DNA of 64,000 bases, from NCBI GenBank assembly GCA_009691805.1, contig SIAK01000002.1, positions 17,627 through 81,626 on the forward strand, read 5' to 3'. The position numbers were made by a program, and so were the translations under genes. The notes beneath the pieces were generated by a model. It saw nothing but the letters and a program-made list of their open reading frames with translations. It ran no database searches and was not told the origin of the DNA. The DNA comes from Phycisphaerales bacterium (GTDB taxonomy: Bacteria > Planctomycetota > Phycisphaerae > Phycisphaerales > SM1A02). Positions 37,443 through 45,565 of this stretch are shown one piece after another. How positions within the stretch are numbered: the stretch's first letter is position 1; each line of letters opens with the position of its first letter.

Positions 37443-40376
37443 ATGACCAGTGATCTCGGTACGCGCACGGCAACTGACGCATCAAACATTGTGGAAGAGC
37501 TCGTCTCGAGTTTCCGCTCCACTGCAGAACGCGTTGGACCTTGGTTCATCTCGCAGATGCCGCAGATGTATTTTCAGGACACCGATCGCGCAAGCCAACT
37601 CGCGCATCTTCGCGCGATCATCGCGGCGAAGGCTTCGGGTCGACCCATCGATCTCTTGCTGAAGAGTGAAGACGGCAATCAACTCACGCTCATCAAGAGC
37701 ACGAATCGACCCGGTGTGCTCGCGGAACTTGTTGCGCAGTTGCCACTCGATCAATCCTTGCGCGCCGCGAAGATCCATTCGTCGTTTGACGGAAGCCTCG
37801 TGCTCGACACGTTTGTGTTTGGCGAACCTGAACCCTTTGATAGCCGCGACGAACGTCAATCCGCGAAGTTGACCGACACGATTCGGTACGCGAAGGAACA
37901 CAAACTCGATTGGACTCCCGATCAAATCTCAACATACTTCGCGGGTTGCTCTGCCGAATACGTGTTGACCTGCACGCCCCTTCGTGTCGCTGCGCATTGG
38001 AATCTTTTCAATCGCGTGTCGGGCAGCGATGGCACTGTGGTTGAACTGGAAACCGAATCGCATCCCACGATGAGCCGCATCGTGATCGTCGTCGAGAACG
38101 CACGCACCCGCACGATGCTCGAACGTTCTGCGCGCATTCTCGCTCGGCACAGCGTCTCGATTCACCGCGCCTACCTCGACATCGTGCGCGATGGCAAAGA
38201 TGGATCGGTCACGTTTGTCGGATTCGTTGTTGGTGGTCCTGATGGCAGCGCACTCCGCAAGGATTCGCCGCTTTGGAACGCCGTCGCACGCGACCTTCGT
38301 CGTATCAAATGGATCGACGGTCGCGCCCTAGCGTTCTGCGATCGACACGCCAACATCGCGAGTGAAGAAGCGGAAGTGCTCGTCGGCCTGTGTCATCTCA
38401 CCCAACAGGTACTTTGCCCGCAGAATCGATTCCTTTGGACGCGCGAACGCATCCTCGGATTTGCCGAAGAGTCCCTCGCAGTTTCGCTCGAAATCGTGCG
38501 CCTTTTCGTTGCGCGCTTCGAACCTTCCAAGCCACTCTCCGACAGCGCCTACGCAGCAGCGCGTGCGGCGATCGAGTGCGACATCGTGCGCCAGCCGAGC
38601 GAGAATCATCGACTGGCATTGACGAAGATGCTCGAAGGCGTCGATGCGACGCTGCGCACGAACTACTTCCTTCCGAATCGATTCGCGTTGTGCTTGCGCA
38701 TTGATCCGAGTTATCTCGCGAACAGTGAGCGACCCGAGAAACCGTACGCGACGTTCTTCGTGCACGGCCGCGAGTTTGATGGATTCCACAATCGATTCCA
38801 AGACATCGCGCGCGGTGGACTGCGCGTCATTCGTACGTCGAGTCCCGCGCAACATGCACGCGAGAGCGAGCGATTGTTCGACGAGGTCTACGGACTTTCG
38901 TGGGCGCAACAGCTGAAGAACAAGGACATTCCTGAAGGCGGCGCGAAAGCAGCGATCTTGCTCGAACCCAACGCGACGATTGATCGCTGCGTGAAAGCGT
39001 TCGTCGATTCGCTTCTGGATTTGATCGTGCAGACTCCCGAAGTGAAACCGCTCGTCGTCGATCGATTCGGCAAAGAGGAGCTCATCTATCTCGGCCCTGA
39101 TGAGAACATCACCCCCGCACACATCGAATGGATTGTCGAGCGCGCGCGACAACGCGGCTACAGCATGCCCACGGCGTTCATGAGTTCGAAGCCCGGCGCG
39201 GGCATCAACCACAAGGTCTATGGCGTGACGAGCGAAGGCGTCAATGTCTTCCTCGAAATCGCGTTGAAAGCGCGTGGCATTGATCCGAAGAAGCAACGCT
39301 TCACGGTGAAGATCACGGGCGGACCGGATGGCGATGTCGCAGGCAACATGATGCATATCCTCGACCGTGACTACGGCAAAAACGCTGTGATTGTCGGTGT
39401 TGCGGATGGATCCGGTTCCGGCGAAGACCCCGAAGGACTCGATCACGCTGAGCTCATCCGACTCTTCCACGCAGCGCTGCCGATCGCAAGTTTCGATCCG
39501 AAGAAACTCTCCGCGAAGGGACGCGTCACGCCTGTGGATGCACCCGATGGCGCGCGACTCCGCAACACCCTGCACAATCGACTCGTCGCCGACGCGTTCA
39601 TTCCTGGCGGCGGTCGACCTGCAACGATTCACGAAGGCAACTGGCAGGAGTTCCTCACCGCCGACGGGAAGCCGAGCGCGATTGTCATCAGTGAAGGCGC
39701 GAATCTTTTCCTCACGCCAGCTGCGCGTGAGGAGTTGTCGAGCCGTGGCGCGACGATCATCAAGGATTCTTCCGCGAACAAGTGCGGCGTGATCTGCTCG
39801 AGTTACGAAATCAGCGCCTGCATGATCCTCTCCGACGACGAGTTCCTCTCGATCAAGGATGTGTACGTCGCACAAGTAATCGAACGATTACGCGAACTTG
39901 CGCGCGTCGAAGCAGAGTTCCTCATGCGCTCCATCAAGACACACCCAAGTCTTTCGCTGCCGAAGATCTCGGTGGAACTGTCAAAGGTCATCAACACGAC
40001 AGCATCGGCAATCGCTGCGGGTGTCCCGAATTGGAGTGCCGCGGATCGCGAAGTCGCGAAGCAAATGATTCGCGATCATCTGCCACCTGTGCTCTTTGAA
40101 TTCGCGGGCGAGCGGGTATGGAAGTCGCTTCCACAGTCCTATCAAACGTGGATCATCGCGAACCGCCTCGCGAGCTCCATCGCGTATCGCGAAGGCATGG
40201 ACTTCTTCGATGGACTCGCACCGCGTGAAGTCGCCGACCTCGCGCTGCGCTACATGAAGAGCGACCTGCAAAATCGCGAAGTCGTCGCGAAAGTCCGCGC
40301 ATCCAACCTCGCAGACAAAGAACGCGTCGCACTCCTTCTCGAACGCGGCGGCGCCCGCGCGGGTGTGGATAGTTAA
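37443..40376 (+). CDS. large NAD-specific glutamate dehydrogenase (~977 aa)
   Basis: YATFFVHGREFDGFHNRFQDIARGGLRVIRT........E..RLFDEVYGLSWAQQLKNKDIPEGGAKAAILL, and the dinucleotide-binding part TGGPDGDVAGN....... are typical of large NAD-GDHs. The ATG at 37443 was chosen. Confidence 0.8.
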   Translation: MTSDLGTRTATDASNIVEELVSSFRSTAERVGPWFISQMPQMYFQDTDRASQLAHLRAIIAAKASGRPIDLLLKSEDGNQLTLIKSTNRPGVLAELVAQLPLDQSLRAAKIHSSFDGSLVLDTFVFGEPEPFDSRDERQSAKLTDTIRYAKEHKLDWTPDQISTYFAGCSAEYVLTCTPLRVAAHWNLFNRVSGSDGTVVELETESHPTMSRIVIVVENARTRTMLERSARILARHSVSIHRAYLDIVRDGKDGSVTFVGFVVGGPDGSALRKDSPLWNAVARDLRRIKWIDGRALAFCDRHANIASEEAEVLVGLCHLTQQVLCPQNRFLWTRERILGFAEESLAVSLEIVRLFVARFEPSKPLSDSAYAAARAAIECDIVRQPSENHRLALTKMLEGVDATLRTNYFLPNRFALCLRIDPSYLANSERPEKPYATFFVHGREFDGFHNRFQDIARGGLRVIRTSSPAQHARESERLFDEVYGLSWAQQLKNKDIPEGGAKAAILLEPNATIDRCVKAFVDSLLDLIVQTPEVKPLVVDRFGKEELIYLGPDENITPAHIEWIVERARQRGYSMPTAFMSSKPGAGINHKVYGVTSEGVNVFLEIALKARGIDPKKQRFTVKITGGPDGDVAGNMMHILDRDYGKNAVIVGVADGSGSGEDPEGLDHAELIRLFHAALPIASFDPKKLSAKGRVTPVDAPDGARLRNTLHNRLVADAFIPGGGRPATIHEGNWQEFLTADGKPSAIVISEGANLFLTPAAREELSSRGATIIKDSSANKCGVICSSYEISACMILSDDEFLSIKDVYVAQVIERLRELARVEAEFLMRSIKTHPSLSLPKISVELSKVINTTASAIAAGVPNWSAADREVAKQMIRDHLPPVLFEFAGERVWKSLPQSYQTWIIANRLASSIAYREGMDFFDGLAPREVADLALRYMKSDLQNREVVAKVRASNLADKERVALLLERGGARAGVDS

Positions 40377-40527
40377 GCGCGTAGTTGAGCGCAAGCAACG
40401 GAGTTTGCCGCGCAGCGCGGACAAATTCCGTCGCTTGCTTTCGACTCAGGCGTCGCGAGTGAATCGCAGACGCCTGAATTCATGCGTCCACTTCAGTCTT
40501 TTATCCCCTCACCGACTCCGTCGGTAG
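40372..40527 (+). repeat. dispersed intergenic element, copy A (with nested palindromic insertion)
   Basis: AGTTAAGCGCGTAGTTGAGCGCAA...TCGACTCAGGCGTCGCGAGTGAATCGCAGACGCCTGAATTCATGCGTCCACTTCAGTCTTTTATCCCCTCACCGACTCCGTCGGT matches 52738..52847. It starts at the last codon and TAA of the GDH gene. The hairpins are at 40446-40477 and 40511-40525. Confidence 0.8.
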
Positions 40528-40558
40528 TTGAGAGAGAGACTTGCGCTCGGTGCTCGGA

Positions 40559-41551
40559 CTAGTGCCACCATGGTTTCGCGGGTTGTTCGTGGATGATGGC
40601 TTCTTGGAGGAAGAAGACGGCGCGTTCGAGTCCTTCTTCGACGCTCATGAGCGGATCTTCGTGTTCGATTGAGAGCACATGGTCGTAACCGTGCCGCCGT
40701 AGCATCGAGACGAACGGTTTCCAGAACTCATGACCGTGTCCGTATCCACACGTGCGGAATGTCCATGCGCGCTTGTTCAAATCGCCGTACGGTCGCGCGT
40801 CGAGGTAACCATTCACTTTTCCTTCGTGCGTTGCGAGTTCCGTATCTTTCGCGTGACAGTAATACAGCAGCCCCGCTTCACCGAGCACGCGCGCGGCTTC
40901 CACGGGATCGATGCCTTGCCAGAAGAAGTGACTCGGATCCAAGTTTGCGCCAAGCACAGGCTTGCCCTTCAAACCTGAAGCCTTCATCGATGCTTCGCTC
41001 AATCGAATAATCGTGTCTGGGTTGTAGACACAGAAACCAGGATGCGCTTCCCACGCGACGCGCACGCCATGTGTGTGCGCGAGTCTCGCTTGCGCACTCC
41101 AATACGGGATGAGCACTTTGTTCCATTGATAATCGAGGACTTCGCGAAACTCATTCGGCCACGCGCACGTCACCCAGTTCGGTTGCTTGTCGGTCTTCGA
41201 TCCACCAGGGCAACCGCTGAAGGTAATGACGATGTCCGTCCCGAGAAGAGGCGCAAGTTTGATCGCGTTGACAAAGTCGCGGTGATGCGTGCCCGCGAAT
41301 TTTTTGTCGGGATGCACGGTGTTTCCATGAACTGCAAGACCTGAGAGTACAAGCCCGGCATCCTTGAGCAAGCCCTTGATCCGATCCTGCTCCTTCTTAC
41401 TCGCGAGGACTTTCGCTGGGTCGAAAAATCCCTTGCCCGGGTAACCGCCGACAGGCAATTCGATCGCCTCAAGCCCGATTTCACGGCAATACTCGAGCAC
41501 ATCTTCAAGTTTGCGACCGTTGAACAGTGCAGCCATAACGCCAAGAAGCAT
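40559..41551 (-). CDS. sugar phosphate isomerase/epimerase (xylose isomerase-like TIM barrel)
   Basis: LEDVLEYCREIGLEAIEL...GLAVHGN.......H........AIKLAPLLGTDIVITFSG......W.AHPGF.V.......L.......LGANLDPSHFFWQGIDP is the TIM-barrel AP_endonuc_2 pattern. The substrate is unknown. Confidence 0.7.
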   Translation of the reverse strand: MLLGVMAALFNGRKLEDVLEYCREIGLEAIELPVGGYPGKGFFDPAKVLASKKEQDRIKGLLKDAGLVLSGLAVHGNTVHPDKKFAGTHHRDFVNAIKLAPLLGTDIVITFSGCPGGSKTDKQPNWVTCAWPNEFREVLDYQWNKVLIPYWSAQARLAHTHGVRVAWEAHPGFCVYNPDTIIRLSEASMKASGLKGKPVLGANLDPSHFFWQGIDPVEAARVLGEAGLLYYCHAKDTELATHEGKVNGYLDARPYGDLNKRAWTFRTCGYGHGHEFWKPFVSMLRRHGYDHVLSIEHEDPLMSVEEGLERAVFFLQEAIIHEQPAKPWWH

Positions 41552-41666
41552 GATTGAATCCTCGCAAAAAGCGGTGTGCGAACGGAAGCGCTTGTCGTGC
41601 GGACGCTACCAAATCCGCGCGGATGGCGCGTTGCGTTGCCGCGTGAAGATCGCCACAATCCACCGA

Positions 41667-43316
41667 ATGCGCTCCGTCGGGGTGATGCCCTCACTCAACT
41701 CAACTCTTGCCTACGCGTTCGTCGCGTGCGTGCTTCTCACGATTTGCACATCGTTCGCGATCGCGATCGATCCACCAGCACAGCCTGAGACGACGCCGCC
41801 GAGTGCAACTCCTGTCGCACCCGTTGTTGTTCCGCCTGCACCCGTTGTTGTTCCGCCTGCACCCGTTGTTGTTCCGCCTGCGCCCGTTGTTGTTCCGCCT
41901 GCGCCCGTTGTTGTTCCGCCTGCGCCCGTTGTTGTTCCGCCTGCGCCCGTTGTTGTTCCGCCTGCACCCACTGACCTCGATCCCCATGCTGCGGCGACGG
42001 GCACACGCGTGCATGTCATCGTGGATCGCTTCAGCGAGTTTGGCGGCACGATCGTTTCGCAAACAACGGAAGAACTCGTCCTCAAGGAACCGAGTGGTCG
42101 CATGCGGACCATTCTGAAAGCGCGCATCTATGAAGTTGTGCCGCTGCTCGACGATCCAGAACGCACGCGCGTCGAAACCGAGTTTCGGGATGGCCGCCGT
42201 CAAGTCGGGCTCTTGATCAATGATGGCTTCGAACATCTCACGATTGAAATCGGCGGCATCCACACGACGTACAAGCGCGTTCTCGTGATGCGCACGATTG
42301 CGATCCCAACGGACGAAGAGCTTTATCAACGCGCCAAGATTGCGATCGAACCTGATCAGTATTCTGCGCGCTTCGGTCTTTGCGTCTGGCTGCATGATCG
42401 CAAGATGTATGAGGAGGCGGAAGCGGAACTCCACTCGCTACTAGAAGCAACCGACCACTACGACGCCAAACAACTTCTCATCGAAGTGACGGCGCAACTC
42501 AAACTCGCGGCGGAAACGCGCGCGAAAAGCGAGAACGTCGAAGCCGGTGATGGAGGCAACGACGCGAACACCGATCCTCCAACACCATCGAGTCCACGCG
42601 ATCGCGCCGCTGAGCAGATGAAGGGACGCATCCTCACGTCTGATGAGGTTAATCTCATCCGCGTCTATGAGATGGACCTCGCGAAACCACCGAAGGTCGA
42701 AGTGGACGACTCACTCATTCGTGCGATCTTCGAAAAATATGCGACCGATCCACTCGTGCCAAGCTCGAGTGCAGAGCGCGCGATGTGGTTCTCCAAAGAG
42801 CCGATCGAGGTCGTGAAGTTACTCTTCGCACTGAAGGCGCGCGAGTTCTACTCACGCGTCGAGGTTCGCACCGAGCCCACTTCGCTCAATGTCTTCCGCA
42901 CAAAGATTCACAACGCGTGGCTCATCAACAACTGCGCGACCAGTCGATGCCACGGCGGCGTGGATGCGGGCCGATTCTTCTTGCATACGCGGGATTGGAA
43001 AGACTCAAGGGTGCGCTACACCAATCTGCTGCTGCTTGAGAAGAGCAGTCTCGATGGTCGTCCGCTGATCGACTTTGACGAGCCCGCGATGAGTCTGCTC
43101 TATCAGATGGCACTCCCTCGAACAGAGGCGCGAATTCCTCATCCCGCGGTGCGCGGTTGGGAACCCGTCTTCACGTCAGGACGCAAAGCCCTCGCCGACG
43201 ATTTCTTGCTGTGGGCGCGTGAAATGCGTCATCCCCGCCCGGTCTATCCAATCGAATACGTTCCGCCGCGATTGCGTGAAAGCGGCTCGGTTGGAACGAG
43301 TGGCAACGATCGCTAG
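41667..43316 (+). CDS. secreted protein with 7 tandem APVVVPP repeats, function unknown
   Basis: A signal/TM segment (LAYAFVACVLLTICTSFAIA) is followed by a proline-rich repeat block and a ~430-aa domain I cannot assign (…NNCATSRCHGG…). The start is at ATG 41667 or 41682, because the upstream part of ORF 41511.. overlaps the neighbouring gene. Confidence 0.6.
   Translation: MRSVGVMPSLNSTLAYAFVACVLLTICTSFAIAIDPPAQPETTPPSATPVAPVVVPPAPVVVPPAPVVVPPAPVVVPPAPVVVPPAPVVVPPAPVVVPPAPTDLDPHAAATGTRVHVIVDRFSEFGGTIVSQTTEELVLKEPSGRMRTILKARIYEVVPLLDDPERTRVETEFRDGRRQVGLLINDGFEHLTIEIGGIHTTYKRVLVMRTIAIPTDEELYQRAKIAIEPDQYSARFGLCVWLHDRKMYEEAEAELHSLLEATDHYDAKQLLIEVTAQLKLAAETRAKSENVEAGDGGNDANTDPPTPSSPRDRAAEQMKGRILTSDEVNLIRVYEMDLAKPPKVEVDDSLIRAIFEKYATDPLVPSSSAERAMWFSKEPIEVVKLLFALKAREFYSRVEVRTEPTSLNVFRTKIHNAWLINNCATSRCHGGVDAGRFFLHTRDWKDSRVRYTNLLLLEKSSLDGRPLIDFDEPAMSLLYQMALPRTEARIPHPAVRGWEPVFTSGRKALADDFLLWAREMRHPRPVYPIEYVPPRLRESGSVGTSGNDR
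41817..41963 (+). repeat. in-frame tandem repeat, 7 x 21 bp (GCRCCCGTTGTTGTTCCGCCT)
   Basis: The seven head-to-tail units are identical except for one synonymous A/G: units 1-3 have GCA and units 4-7 have GCG. A partial eighth unit lies at 41964-41969. The repeat encodes APVVVPP x7. Confidence 0.95.
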
Positions 43317-43412
43317 CGTCGAAGAAAGACCCCCGCTCCTCTTGTACACTTCGCGACTCGCGTCTTCCTCGCATGTCGCGGCGGAAGACCACTGACGCGC
43401 CGAACCCCTCCC

Positions 43413-45485
43413 ATGCTGAACTCACTCACTCTCGCTCGTTCCACTTCCGCGCGTCCGTTCGCACGAAACCTCGCTGGATTCCCTACTGGACTCCTCGCAG
43501 GAATCCTTGCGATCGGCTTGCTCGGTAGCGCGACACTCTTGGGCGGTTGCAGCGATGAAACCGTTGTGAAGGCGCAAGCATTCGACGCTGCGTTCAACGC
43601 CGCAGCACAGAAGGCGCTCGCGACAACGGACGCTTTCAGCAACGATCCGAATTCCGCCGCACTTGATCAACTCAAGTCGCTCGCGGCTGAACTGAGCACG
43701 CTCAGTGGCGCGACCGAAAATCAAAGCAACGCCGCGCGAGCACTCGCCGCGAGCCTCTATCGCAAAGTTGGTTCCGCGCAACTCGCACGCGCGCAAGGCT
43801 TCGAGCAAGATGAAAACACCACGCGCGAACTCGCCCTCGCGCTTGCTGACGCTGCTGCAACACTCGACGGAGTTGCCGCGAGCTACGAGAGCGCTGACTT
43901 CACTTCAACGCGTAACGCCGCGACTGCGCTCCGCGATCAATCGGAGCAGATTGCACAATTCGCACGCGCTGGTGCTGGCGCTGCTACAGCACAACTCGGC
44001 GAACTCGACCGACAGATCGCCGCTGTGAACTCCACGATTGCACGGCTCGAAACTGAATCCGCCGTGCTGCTGTTGAAGGCGCGCCAATCAGGTGCGACAG
44101 CGGGCTATCCGTTTGTGGCTGAATCCGCGCGACTCACCGCCGATGCATCCGCGTTGAAAGTTTCGATGTCCAAGCTCGTCGCACAACTCGATGCAGCTGC
44201 GCCACTCGTGCAGCTTGCTTCGCTGAAGGGCGAAGGTTCAACCTCCGTGCAAGGTGCAGCGGAATCCGAACTCGACCAACTGCGCGCGCTCGATGGTGTC
44301 TTGGGCGAACAAGCGAAACTCGCACACACGCTCGCAGGTCAATTGCGCGATCACTCAGTCGCAACACTGGAACGCATTGAAGCGGAGCGCGCAGGGCCAC
44401 TGGCGGAGGCGTACACCGCCGCGGTTGAAGCGCTCGATCAATGCAGCTCGTTGACGCGCGGCAGTGACGCAAGCGACGCGCTCGCGATGGAAGTGCATGT
44501 TGAGCGCACGCAGCTCGCTCTTTCCGCACTGCGCGGCATGACCGAGCAAGCGCGCGGCTACGCAGTGCTCGCAAACTCGGGCGCCCTCTTTGGTGGTGAT
44601 GCGAAGTACGCGACGCAACTCGATGCACTCAAGAAGAGCGCAACCGAGCGCATCACGGCACTGCGTGAACAACTGCAGCTCAGCCTCGATGCGACGCAAG
44701 CGCTCGGCGAGGATCCGCAATCCGTTGCGACAAAGAAGTGGTTTGATGATGCGAAGAAGAGCGCGGATGCGCTTGACGTCGAAAAACTCTTCACGCCACC
44801 TGCGCCTGTGGAAGTCGCAGCAGCGAAGCCTGCGGCAAAGCCAGCGAAGCGGAGCACACTCGGCAGCGCGACAGCAGCCGCGACAGGATTCCCAACGCCA
44901 GAAGCTTTGGCCGCAGCGATGAATGCGCTCCGACTCGATCCTCGCGGAGATCCAACGAAGTGCTTCTCCGCTTCAAGCGCGGGTGGGCAAGCGATGCTGG
45001 GCGTGATGGGACCCTTGCTGAAGGAACTCATGCCTTTGCGCGAAGCAGTCGCCGAGAAATTCGGCGCAGAAGCGCTCGCGACCATCGTCGATGTTGGCGC
45101 AAGCATGGGCATGCCAAGCATCGGCGGCCTCGGATCGGCTGAACTTAAAGTCGGTGAAGTTTCTGGCGATACCGGCACTCTCACGGATGGCACTTCAACC
45201 ATGCCGATCATGAAGATCGCAAGCGGTTGGCTTGTTGATTTCAACGGCATGCTTGAGGCGTCTGGCACGGACATGGCGCAAATGGAACAGATGGCGCCGA
45301 TGATGAAGGCAGGCATGGCGATGGTCATGCCGATGATGAAGAAGGCAACGGCAAGTGTCATCGCGCAGATCAAGAGCGGCGCGATCACCGACCCATCCGC
45401 GATTGGCCCTGCTTTCGAGGAAGCGCTCAAATCCAGCATGGGCGGCATGATGGGCGGCGGCGGCGGCAGCGGCAGCCAAGAGTGA
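43413..45485 (+). CDS. Ala-rich lipoprotein with Met-rich C-terminal tail, function unknown
   Basis: A signal peptide with lipobox LLGGC (…GLLGSATLLGGCSDE) is followed by long Ala/Leu/Gln/Glu-rich, probably helical, sequence. The C-terminus reads MAQMEQMAPMMKAGMAMVMPMMKK...SSMGGMMGGGGGSGSQE. Confidence 0.6.
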   Translation: MLNSLTLARSTSARPFARNLAGFPTGLLAGILAIGLLGSATLLGGCSDETVVKAQAFDAAFNAAAQKALATTDAFSNDPNSAALDQLKSLAAELSTLSGATENQSNAARALAASLYRKVGSAQLARAQGFEQDENTTRELALALADAAATLDGVAASYESADFTSTRNAATALRDQSEQIAQFARAGAGAATAQLGELDRQIAAVNSTIARLETESAVLLLKARQSGATAGYPFVAESARLTADASALKVSMSKLVAQLDAAAPLVQLASLKGEGSTSVQGAAESELDQLRALDGVLGEQAKLAHTLAGQLRDHSVATLERIEAERAGPLAEAYTAAVEALDQCSSLTRGSDASDALAMEVHVERTQLALSALRGMTEQARGYAVLANSGALFGGDAKYATQLDALKKSATERITALREQLQLSLDATQALGEDPQSVATKKWFDDAKKSADALDVEKLFTPPAPVEVAAAKPAAKPAKRSTLGSATAAATGFPTPEALAAAMNALRLDPRGDPTKCFSASSAGGQAMLGVMGPLLKELMPLREAVAEKFGAEALATIVDVGASMGMPSIGGLGSAELKVGEVSGDTGTLTDGTSTMPIMKIASGWLVDFNGMLEASGTDMAQMEQMAPMMKAGMAMVMPMMKKATASVIAQIKSGAITDPSAIGPAFEEALKSSMGGMMGGGGGSGSQE

Positions 45486-45487
45486 CG

Positions 45488-45565
45488 GACACGCATGCAT
45501 GACACGCATGGATGACACGCATGGATGACACGCATGGATGACACGCATGGATGACACGCATGGAT
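45488..45565. repeat. tandem repeat, 6 x 13 bp (GACACGCATGGAT)
   Basis: Unit 1 (45488-45500) has one substitution (…CATGCAT). Units 2-6 (45501-45565) are perfect. The array starts 2 nt after the lipoprotein stop and contains the candidate start codons (45551, 45560) of the next ORF. Confidence 0.95.

Noticed and set aside
38328-39875. A 515-aa ORF antisense to the glutamate dehydrogenase gene. Similar long antisense ORFs lie at 3462..4790 (pgi), 19629..20675 (pstB/phoU), 23684..24781 (ilvC), 32653..33678 (DUF1800), 36460..37446 (ribF), 44558..45583 (lipoprotein) and 60658..62085 (pullulanase).
   Set aside because: All lie opposite genes with strong motif support, have Arg-rich low-complexity products, and lack family signatures. 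Antisense ORFs of GC-rich genes, including those opposite GDH genes, are a known source of spurious protein families.
41707-42127. Three overlapping ORFs through the 21-bp repeat in other frames and strands (LLFRLHPLLFRL…, GAGGTTTGAGGTTT…, AEQQRAQAEQQRAQ…).
   Set aside because: They are periodic artefacts of reading a perfect tandem repeat in alternative frames. The APVVVPP frame is continuous with a signal peptide and a long downstream domain.
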